This document shows, one piece after another, positions 12,062 through 22,924 of a stretch of DNA of 64,000 nucleotides. How positions within the stretch are numbered: position 1 is the stretch's first letter; each line of letters starts with the position of its first letter. The notes beneath the pieces were generated by a model. That model was not told the origin of the DNA. It saw only the letters and a list, made by a program, of their open reading frames with translations, and did no database searches. The DNA is from Hyphochytrium catenoides (lineage: Eukaryota; Protista; Hyphochytriomycota), in the NCBI GenBank assembly GCA_900088475.1, contig FLMG01003894.1:1-64000 (forward strand). The letters run 5' to 3'. The position numbers and the translations under genes were made by a program.

Positions 12062-15000
12062 ATGGAGCTTCCGCTGCCGTTGGCACCCATGACGATGCGG
12101 ACCCTAGGCGACCGGTCCTATGAAAAGAGAAAGGTGGCAGCGCTAGAAATTGAAGGGCTAGTCAAAGAGCTTCAGGAAAGGGGCAAGGAAGAGCAGATAC
12201 GGGCGATCATAAAGCTACTAGCTAAGGACTTCTGGTAAGCCTTGAAGTCCTTGCACTCCCTCTTGGGCAAGAGGCTTGCACGTCCGTCTAACCGAAACAT
12301 CGCGAGCAGCTGTTCCACAAATGCAAACCATAGGAAGGGCGGACTCATTGGGCTGGCGGCCACTGCTATCGGCTTGACTCATCAGACCAACATCTACCTC
12401 GTAGAGCTTCTGCCGCCTGTGCTTCACTGCTTTGACGATCCTGAGGGAAGGGTCCGATATTACGCATGTGAATCGCTCTATAACATTGCGAAGGTGGCTC
12501 GTGGAGGCATCTTGCCACACTTCAATGAAATATTCGACGGGCTCTGCAAGGTAATGTACTTGGCCTTAATAGGCTTTCGGCTGGGACTAGCTAACCCCTG
12601 CGATAAAGCTCTTTGCGGACGTAGATCTGGATGTGAAGAACGGCGCCAGTCTTCTTGATCGGCTAGTCAAAGATATAGTGACAGAGAGTGAGACCTTTAA
12701 TGTTGATCAGTTCATCCCTTTGCTTCAGAAGTACATCCGTATGACCAACCCTTACATTCGACAGTTGCTGGTACGCGACCCCGTGGATGTCGACGTTCGC
12801 CTACATCTTCCCTCTTCATTGTGGCCCCTTCTGTTGTCTCCTGTACTGTTCGCATGTTTGCCTGTACTCCTTTTCTTACCCTTCTGCCAACCCAATATCT
12901 CTAGCCTCCTCTCAGATTGTACTTGCAATGGCAATTTCAGTGCTCTAATCTCTTCTCCAGGTCGGCTGGATCACTGTTCTAGACTCTGTTCCAGACATTG
13001 ATATGCTTGACTGGCTGCCAGGTGAGGCATCTCTTTCTCGTCTTCTGGTACCAGTACATGGTGCGTTCAAGCTGCTGATCCCTTCTCTGTCATCGTCGTT
13101 GTAGACTTCTTGGATGGACTGTTCAATATGTTGAGCGACGGGAACCGAGAGATTCGGCAGGTGAGATGACTGAGGTAACTCCCTTGATGTCAAAAGTGCC
13201 CTTCCCACCGGAATGGGAGTAGACCGCAGGCCAGAGCCCTCATCAGTCGCCCTTGGCTTTGTCTTCTCACTCATGGTAACCTTCAGGCGGCAGATAGTGC
13301 CCTTGCGGAATTTCTTCGGGAGATCAAGCAGGCAGAGTACGTGGAAATCGCCCAGATGGTTCCAATACTAGTCGGTCAGGTAAGGCAAATCTGAGAAAGA
13401 AGATCAGGCCGCAAACTACCCTCAACAGCCACGACAAAGAATGTATGGACAGGGTCACCGTTAGACGGAGCGATAGAGAAGGGAGACCTTAAGAGACCTC
13501 CTACGTGTCAGATAATGCCTAACTGTATCCCACAGTGTCGATCTACAGAGAGGTTTAACCGCCTGACGGCCATGACCTGGGTTCTGGAGCTAGTGAACCT
13601 CGGTCGGGAGAGGATGATTCCCTTCTGTCCTGACCTACTAAGTACGTTCAGGCATACGAAAGAGAGCCTAGCATGGGACAGAGAGCCCTTGGAGAAGGTA
13701 GAAAGGAAGACTTGGGAAGGCGAACTGGGAGACATGTTCAATGCGAAAAAGAAATACACTTGAGAGGCAAGAGAGATGGAAGATGGCAAAGTCAAAATAA
13801 GTGTCGGACAGTGGATATTGACGGCATATGCTTACTCATTCTTCCAGGCGCCATCATGTACTGCATCTCAGACGAGGAGCATGAGATTCGGCAGGTAGCA
13901 GAAAGAGTTAATGAAGATCTCCTTAGCCTAGTCATGCAGACAACGTACGTCACGGACAGACTTGCCTCTTGTCATTTGCTTAGCCTGGAACCTTCTTTCT
14001 CTCCTTCCTCGTGCTTATCGTCTTGCTTGTGCAGGCAGGAGGTAGCTCTTGGGGCTCTATTGGACACTCTTCGCGCAGAGCTCTTCAGCGACCATGTCCC
14101 TACAAGGATGGCTACCCTCAAGTGGGTGGCAGTACTCCTTGATCGGTCTCATGGAAAGTTTGATGCCAGGATTGGTGAGGACACTTGGTGTAGCTACTAT
14201 CCTCTACCTTGCTAATTGCTTACTGGCTACATAGGATCAGTTATGTCTACCATCGCTAAATCGCTTTATCATATGAGCTCACATTCATTGTCCTCCCTAT
14301 TCTCGACGACCCTTGATCGCCAGGTTCGCTGCTACCGTCCCTCCTCAAGACCCTATCGGACGTCTCTGATGCCGTTGTGCTGTTGGATATATCCTGCTCT
14401 CCCACAGCAACTCTGTCTTCTAACTAGTCCCTCTCCTGTTGCTTGCTGGGGAAGTCATGTTGGACTCTATGTTCCTTCATTGTCTGCAGCGATAGGTCAA
14501 AGATGTCCTCACTGTCTGTCCTGTCCGCTTTCCTCTTCCTACTCGGCATTATTGACTCCGCTTCCTCCAGTTTTACGTAACTCCCGCTATGTGCCTTCTG
14601 TGCGCCTTGACTTTCCTTACCTCGAAGTATTGGCGCGGGTGGCGGTCGATGAGTCTGATTTACATAATGTCTTGCAAAGCGTGGTAGACCTCTTTGCCGC
14701 TGATAGAAGGTCGTACGCTGTTTCTGCCCATCGTCCCTCGTGTCTTTCTTATCTCACCATGACTTGTGCATGAACTTTTATCTTTGTATACATTTTTGGG
14801 GTTTCTTCCTATGTCTTGAGTCTTTCTCTATCTTCTAGTGTGTTGTTACTCTTCGATAATCGCTCATCTTGCTTGCTCCGCTGGGCTCACATGGATTGTC
14901 CATTGCCCCCAAATGCTTACCGTCAACTCTTTAGGTTGCTAGAGTCTCGCGGTAGTCTTATTATCAGAAAGCTCTGTGTCCTTTTGGACGCGAGGAACAT

Positions 15001-16673
15001 CTACACTCACTTGGCGCGCATCATCAAGGCGGAGGAAGATACAGAGTTTGCGAGCCTCATGGTGCAGACCCTCAATATTATTTTGCTGACAGCTCCAGAG
15101 CTTGTACGTGTACATCAATCGTCCTCTGTCTTAGCTTAGTCTGAGAAGTTCTAGTGTCATCTAGCTCAGGACCTAAGACGCTTCTGACCATCTGTTAACC
15201 ACTCTGGCACACCTCATAGCTTTCCTTGGCCCACATTCCTTACCTCCCAATGGGCGAGCAACACGACTAATGAATCTCTACAGAGGGAGTTGCGTCTCAT
15301 CCTGCGAAGGAGTTTCTCAGAGACAGGTAACGAGAGTGATAGAGAAGTCTTCAAGGTGAGATAGGCAATCCCAAAGATACGCTAGACGGGCATAAACCTC
15401 CATCCCAGGCCACATGCTATTCTTTTTTGTCCCTCTCCCAGTGTTCAGAGGGGTGCCTCTTGGTGATCACCACTTTCTTCGTTCTGTGGCTTCGTCCTGC
15501 AATTCTCAGCGCACTCCTAGGCTCCATGTCGTATCCTTAAGTTCTCTGTTGTTGGTTGGTTTGGCGCTGTTCCATTCCTCTCCTTGTCCTTCGGAGTCCA
15601 TTGCAAATGTACTTACCTTCACTTCTACCTTCACCCATCATACTCATCAGGTGCTATTCGAGTCGTGGTGCCACAACTCCGTTTCCACCTATAGTCTCTG
15701 CCTCTTGGCCGAAGCTTACGAGCTCTCAAGTTATCTTATCTCACAATTGTAAGCCCACTTCTGTACAGCTTTCTATGAAACGCTTCTGTTCAAAGCTTTC
15801 AATCACTTGGCTTCCAGCCCAGCAATTAGCTATCTCTTGCATTCTAGCAGAGTCTCACCTAGCTTACTTTGATAGCGCCGCTGTGGAGGTCTCGGTGGGC
15901 TTCTTGATGCAGATTGACAAGCTAGTGCAGCTCCTAGAGTCGCCCGTCTTCATCGGTAAGTTCCCAGCTCCTAAGAGGTCTATGAACACCTCCTTCCTCG
16001 AGCATTGTCTCGATCGTCCGCCTTTTGCACTTTGGGCGGGTGCACATACTTCCAGTCTGGGTGTTCCTACGTGACTGGTATAGCCCATTTCTAAGTGGCG
16101 CCCTTCTTGCTCCTAGGATTACGTCTGCAGCTTTTAGAGACGGATGCACCTTACTACCCTGCACTTGTCAAGAGCTTGTACGGCCTTTTGATGCTCTTGC
16201 CGCAGGTATAGAACCATACCGTCGCTCCTCTGTACACTCCCCTTAATAACACATCCATTCGTGTCTCCATTTGAATATCTTTGCCAAATGATCCATCCTC
16301 AGAGCTCAGCCTTTCGGATCTTGAGAGACCGTCTTTCGTCCGTAACTTCTATGGCTACAATCATGGATGTGAGCTTTCAGCACAGGTTGGTCACACTCTC
16401 TGGTCCTTAGCCTTCTGTTTCCTCCGCGCCACCAGGGCCCGGCCTGCTGCTGCCCACGTAGCACTCCATCTTACTGAGAATGCTAGGCCCTTTAGGCCGA
16501 GTTTATAACCTTCACGTGGTGCATGTAGGAAGGAGAGCCAGTCATCACAAGACAAGACGGAGCTTCAGGGACTTCTCAGCCACTTCCGAAGCATCCAGCA
16601 GCTTCATTCCGACATTCAGCAAGCAGCGGTTAACAAGAAGCGACTCACGAGCGTGAGATCGAAGGAGGAATAG
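12062..16673 (+). CDS. VAC14: VAC14 scaffold of the PIKfyve/Fab1 complex (about 18 exons; intron 10 is AT-AC)
   Basis: [92 protein letters not shown]. Confidence 0.97.
14389..14620 (+). other. U12-type (minor spliceosome) AT-AC intron in VAC14
   Basis: 5' ATATCCTG, branch GCCTTGAC (14604-14611), 3' TAC. Removal joins VVLLD|LEVLAR in frame. Confidence 0.92.
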
Positions 16674-17057
16674 GCAGTCTCGAGAGAGGCTTCCAAGAAG
16701 ACAGTAGAGAAGCGAGAAGAACCAAGGAATCAGCTTGGGAGCGAGCGGGGGCCAGACAGAGAGACAGGGAGACTTTGCATAACCTTGGACGAGGGAGGGA
16801 TGAAGACGGTCTTTAAACAACAAGAAAGGCACAAAGTTATGTCCGCTAACAAGGGACATCCAGCTTTCTAACATATTATCTATATGTATAAATATCTACG
16901 ACGCTGACAACAAACGACATGCATGAGTTTACATAGATGGGGAAATAATGCTGATAATAGGGTAGCAGCCAACACCAGATGAGCCCTATGAACGTCAGGA
17001 GAGAGAGAATGGTGTGATCGCTCGGTTGTTACCTCGAAAGCAGCCTTGCAACCCCAA

Positions 17058-17163
17058 GGAGAGCGTGAGGGAACAGTGCCTGGCCCCTGCGGCACAAAGC
17101 GAGAACGCGAGGAGAGCGTGAGGGAACAGTGCCTGGCCCCTGCGGCACAAAGCGAGAACGCGA
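17058..17163. repeat. Perfect 53-bp tandem duplication
   Basis: ggagagcgtgagggaacagtgcctggcccctgcggcacaaagcgagaacgcga at 17058-17110 and 17111-17163. Confidence 0.95.
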
Positions 17164-17251
17164 AGAAGAGCTATACGTCTGCGGGGGACAATCCTCTGCT
17201 CCCGCCCCTCCTGGACCTAGCTATCAGCAGAAAAAAGAAACACTAGGAGAT

Positions 17252-20200
17252 CTATTTCTTTTTCTTCTTGAGCATCGCTTGGTTGAGCGCCACAGCGTCC
17301 GTCTTGACGGTGAAAGACTTTGTTGGCACAGGAGAGAACTGTTTCCTTCCAGAATTGTATCGATAGAGCTGTCCTATCATCTCATCACGGAGATAAAGAG
17401 GACCAACGCCATAGATTTTCTTGAGCTCCTGCTTGGTAGACGAGAAGGAATAGAGTGCGCGAAAGTGAAGAGACTTTTCGCTGCGGAAAAGAACGACAAA
17501 GTTGTCTGATGGATCTTTGTCCAGGGCTTCTAGAACCTGAGACAACGGGAGGAGAAAGGAGATATGAGTGGATATTGGATATGAAGCCTTTAGGAGTTCC
17601 TGGAAAAGAGGCGGAAGAGAGGACAGACGAGGCGGACCCAGAGGACGCGTCGGGAAGTAAACGGCAAGATTGCCTTAGCCATGAGATACTAGAGCTAACT
17701 TTCTAATCTGCTTTAAGAGGAGCCAGAGGGAAGAGGAGGAAGGGTTGCCCTGGGCTTTGATGCGCAGGAAGAGAGAAGGACGCAGTGGCAGGGAGCAAAC
17801 AACGTTGAGGAGAGCAAGTCTCACCTGAGAGGTAAAGAGAAAATAATAGGATTGAAAGAAGCAGAAGGGTCCCTCTGAGATGGTCTCAATAGAGAGAAGA
17901 GAGGGAAGTGCAGGGTAATAAGAATGAAGACGGGAGGAGACGTCATACTCACCTCTTGATTCTCTTTCGCCATATGGTGCCCAGCCAGGAGGTTAAACTC
18001 TAGAGCCTTCCGGATTATCCGCCGGTTGGAGGGCCGCTGGTTGCTGAGGTCAATGAGAGGCATCTCGTGGTCTTCTCTAGCCTCAGACTCCAAATCTTGC
18101 TCTTCTTCATCTCTGTCCGTCTCTCTCCCTGACATGGATGAGAGGAGAGAGGACCGTCTTGAGGCGGAAGAACGGTCTGTTGACTGATTGTCCTGCTGTG
18201 TCTCCTCTAAGAGAGTCCTTGTTTTCTGCTTGGCCAAAGTTCCCCTCTCCTTTTCTCTCTCCTTTTCTTCCCGTAGTTTCTTCTGCCTCAGAACTTCGAG
18301 CTTCTCCGCTTTTCTCCTCTGAACCTCGTCATTGTTCGGGGTCATAAATATGTCAATACGGGAGGAAGGCTCTTTCATCTCTCTTTGCGTGAGCCCAGTC
18401 TCTGGCGCTGCAGCAGCGGGGAGAGAGAGAACCTGGGCGGGTCTGTTTAGTGGCGCCTGCTCTTGATGGGTCAGAGGGGAACCTGAAGCTGGAGGCTCCG
18501 ACGCTTTTAGAGGTTTGACAAGGGTAGTTGGAAGGTGAAGAGGAGGAGGCGGCTTAGACTTTGGTGCTTCCTTAAAGGTCTCAGACGCCGTCTCATACAT
18601 CCTTCCGTCTCTTTGATCTTCGTCTTCTTCTCTACGTACTGCCGTGTTAGTTGGAAAGCTCTGCAGCTTTTGCCCAGACAGTGTAGCTCCATTTAGTGAG
18701 GTTTTCTCGTCACAAGCGCCTGAGCCCTCATCCTTTGTTTCATCCTTGGATCGCTCTTCCTCCTCTACGTTTCGACTGACTTTAGTCAGTATGCGCTGAA
18801 GGAGGCGCAACCTCCGCTGATGGTTCTCTCTCATTCTTTCTTCTCTTTCCTCCATCATCTGTCTACGTCGCCGCATCTCGTTGTTTAGCAGGGCGAAGCC
18901 TATAGCAACCCTTTGAGGCTGTTTGCTCTGCTTCTCTGGTACAGCTGAAGGAAAAGACGGCAATAGAACTGATCCGATGGTTTGAGAGGATTGTAGCAGC
19001 TGTGTCTTGGCAACGGTACCATCGCCATCATCGAGCCAGGACGAGTGGACGTCCGGCTTGTGCTCCTGCTCTTCTGCTCTCGGCTTCACCTCTTCATTGG
19101 GATAAGTTGGCTTGATGGACACTGTTAGATGAGCCGCCTGTCCGCCAGGTTCTAAAGGTTTCTCGGCTTCTGGAGCTCCAAGATCCTGCCTTGCTAAAGT
19201 TTCCAACATTCCCTCCGTAGCGTCCAGCTCTGAGACTTGTCGAGGCTCAATGGGAGGCTCCAGTGGCACCATAGCTGCTGAGTTATAGAGAATTCCCTTC
19301 GGGTCTCTTCTGCTAGCTGAGGCTGGTCTTTTCTTCGGTGTTAGAGCAAGGCTGTGATCGTGCAGGCGTTTGGCAGTCTCCTGGAAGCTGCTATGGACCT
19401 CCTGGTGCAGTTGTCTCAGCTTATCTTCCACTGAGAGTTGCAATACCTTCTCAGGCTCTTCTGCCACTGCCACAAACTGTGACGACGGCTCAGGGTGCTG
19501 CCTGACCTCCCTTGGTGGGTCTACTTTTGCCGTTGAAGCCTTGGCTGGACTCGGACTCTCGTTTACTTTGATCTTGTTCCTCGGTAAGGTCTCTTCGTGG
19601 CTAGATGGCAGTTCATCGCTTAAGAGTGAACCCGCCTCTGAGCCTTTCTCTCTTTGTTCCATCTCAGTCGTCCCTATCATGGACTGGCGATGGATGGAAA
19701 GAATCGAAGGCTCTGTCTGAGATCTCTGGAAACCTAAAGCAGTCGGAATGCTGCCGAACGTTGACCATCTCTTTCTTCTCCGACCAGTGCTAAGGGGAGC
19801 TGGGATCAGTGTTTCTTGCTGAGTACCGGCAGCGAGGGCTCTACCCGCAGTCTTGGCACCTTCCACAACGTCCGCAGTCGTAAGCTGTGCAAGATTCAGC
19901 AAAGGCACAGGCCGACCGAAGGGCTGGAGGGCAGGAGAAGGATTGGCAGGCAACAGGACTGTTCCTCTCTCTTGATGTGCACCCACAGCCCCTGTCAAGG
20001 TGAAGGATTGGTTACTCTGGTCTGAAGACACTGTGCCCTTGAGGATGGACTCGATCTGAGGGCTGAGCTTCGAATATGACCGCCTGAAGTTCTGGAGTAG
20101 CATTTGACCCTTGGACAGTCGGAGAGGTTCCTCCCGGACAGTGGAGGATACAGTGTGCCCTGGCTCAAGATCGGGCTCTATTGTTTGAGTTAGCTTTGGC

Positions 20201-21538
20201 TCGGTATTGTCCTCTGCGTAGCTCTTACTAGGTCTCGTCTCTGGTCTCTGTTCATCCCTGGTAGGAGCCGCAGCTTCAAGCGGCTCACTAGGCGGTGCTA
20301 TCGCAAGTGAGGTGACATCGGTCGCTTTAGGAGTTTCTGGAAGTATGGAGGGATTGACCCGTGCCGAACTAACATGAGGCACTGTGGCCGGGTTTTCTAC
20401 TTCAGGACTGGCGGAAGGTTCTCGCGCCTCTTTAAGGTCTATTCTTGGCGTCAGAAGCGTCTTTTCTGCGGTACCTGAGGCAGATGATCCACTACTGCCA
20501 ACAAGCCGACCTAGATCATCCTTTAGCGGTGAGTCCCGTCTAGTAACCGTCCAGATTGTATATTCGGAGTTCTGAGGTACATTGTCAGCAATGTACGCTG
20601 CGACTTCCCCTACTCCCGAACACAGGCAGAAGAGTGGGCCTGAGGCCTTCGTATGTCGCCTCTCTGAAGGGTCAAAGATCACCAAGCTCTCGAAGGCCTG
20701 CTTAGGAAACCAGATCGCGAAGTGCTGAACGCCGTCTGAGAAGATAGCCACCGCTTCGTTGTCGGCAAGCCGCCGTTTGAGACCTGATAAAGAGTTGTCT
20801 AGATCGCTTACATCTTGAAGAACACTTCCAAGGTCCCAAGATGGATTCAGGACGATGGCGCGCTTGCTATAGTCTCCAACCTGCTGAAGAACATCCCGCA
20901 CCGAGAAGTCATCTTCCGGAGAGCTGTCGTTGCGATGGAGAAGCTTGGTAGCATTTTTGCAGCCAGTTTCAATGATCTGAGGAACATGGGGAGATGCCCA
21001 GAAAGTGAATTGTAAGAGAAGGTCGGCAGCGTGAGAATCCCTTTGCCCTCATTAGAAGTTTATTCCCTCCCCACCTTCGTTTTATCTCTCCCTCTCTTTC
21101 TCTCTCTCCCTCTCTCTCTGTCTGTCTCTCTTACTCTTTCTGTATACTTCCGTCTCTCGTGCTCTGTATTGCTTCTCGCTCTCCGTGATAAGATCTGGTT
21201 CCTCTTTGATTCTTCTCTGCTATCACCTGGCTGACACCCTCACGGACATGGATACCTTTGACCAACATCCCTAATCCATCTCTATGTCCTAAATCTGGCC
21301 CCGGGACCTGTCTTTTGTCCTGGTGTCCTTTCTCATACAACCATCACTTACTTTCTGAATGAAAGAAGGCGTCGCCTTGTGACTGAAGAGCTGCTTCCAG
21401 GTTACGCCGCCCGCCAAGAGGCGTATAGCGCAGTCTGTGACTACTGAGAGCGATGTCAAGCCGTACAGAGGCGCTTCTTTGGAGATGCCGGTGTAGCTTT
21501 GAATCCCAAGAGTCCCGTGGACTGTTTGGACTGTGCAT
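17252..21538 (-). CDS. Large protein with C-terminal CAMSAP/Patronin CKK microtubule-binding domain, coiled coils and a long disordered middle
   Basis: SNRRIIRKALEFNLLAG..|VLEALDKDPSDNFVVLFR..HFRALY..KIYGVGP..LYRYNSGRKQFSPVPTKSFTVKTDAVAL matches CKK. 1026-aa central exon; 5' exons and start are tentative. Confidence 0.8.
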
Positions 21539-22419
21539 GGCGACGATGAAATAAACGCTTAGACATCCAAGACAGCTAGATTTGGCGGTCAGAACCTTAC
21601 CCTGGCTAAGATCATGGTTTCTCATATCCCCCGCGGACTTTTCATCGGCTTAGCCGCACATATATATCGCCCTTCCAACGCCACCAACTCTCATTGGCAG
21701 AAAAGAGCGAGAAGTAGAGCCCACTTCGCCTGCTCTCTTACAGGCCACACACTGCTGCCTCCAGTGCTGGCGGTGGGCCTCAGTGCTCGGCGCCTCTTGG
21801 AATGAATGAGCCGGCCCTGCTCCAGCACTATTAAGCCTACCTAGGGTATATGAAGGGCATTTCTCAATGAGCAGTCTCTGTAAGGAGCTTCATCAAGCCT
21901 GAAGATTGTCGGCTGGAAGTGCACTTTCTGTGACACAAAACTCGTTGTAACCTTTCGAGAAGAGCCGTTACTGGCTGAAAATATGACGGCTAACGGCTAG
22001 CAGACTACCTCGCCACTGGGACACTGCAGCTAACAGCGGTCCACACATTTGGAGTGCCAAACACAAGCACCCGGGTCTTTCAAATAGTTCTTCTTCCAAA
22101 AAACCCTAGAGCCCTTACACTTACCCTCTCTACCCGGGTCATGAGAGGACTAGGAATACCCGGAACTATTGTCTAGAAAAGTTATGTGTCTCCTGGGCTA
22201 TGACGGAATCTACTCGAGACACCTAACCCGGGTCTTTGAAGTTGTGGAGGGGTGATGTCAGAGCTTCTGATCGGTCAGATCCTTCCTCTTCCCTCCTCCT
22301 CTCTTGATTCCTCTCTTCGTCACCATCCTTTCTGATGAGTTGTGCCGTACTCCAAGGGGAGAACTGGAATGATTCCGATGGTCAATGGCCACTGAGGTCC
22401 AGTGCGTGGAGTGATGGTG

Positions 22420-22680
22420 AGGGAGAGAGAGGGAGAGGGAGAGAGAGAGAGACAGACAGACAGTGAGAGTGAGACAAAGAGAGACAGAGAGAGAGAGAGA
22501 GAGACAGAGAGACAGAGACACCAATGGAGAGAGAGAGAGAGAGAGACAGAGACACCAATGGAGAGAGAGAGAGAGAGAGTGAGCAAGAGAGAGAGAGAGA
22601 CATCAAGAGAGAGAGAGCAACAGAGAGGGAGAGACACCAAGAGAGAGAGACACGAAGAGAGAGAAAGACTGAGAGAGGGA
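22420..22680. repeat. Long imperfect (GA)n microsatellite; similar tracts near 5255, 25795, 28345, 30120, 39896 and 45150
   Basis: Direct inspection; explains the spurious ER/SL-repeat ORFs in the track. Confidence 0.95.
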
Positions 22681-22924
22681 GAATCCGAAAGGGGAGGAAG
22701 GGCAAGGGAAGCTCATCAACCAGGAAGTTGAAGGACAGACACGGCGTTTCTTTGAGCCTCGTGGCGCCTCTGGCTGATCTGTCGAGCTATCTACTCGGTG
22801 TTTTTACACCTCGTCTTCATCGCGCGCCCATATCTCCATCTGCAAGTGCAAAGGAAGCTTTCCTTCCTTATCCGGAGCTCTACACTCAATAAGAGGACAC
22901 GCAGCCGCATAAGAAGCGACTGCC

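Noticed and set aside
22258-22892. ER- and SL-repeat ORFs (also near 25723, 39835, 45092 and 63180)
   Set aside because: Translations of GA/CT or AGA microsatellites.
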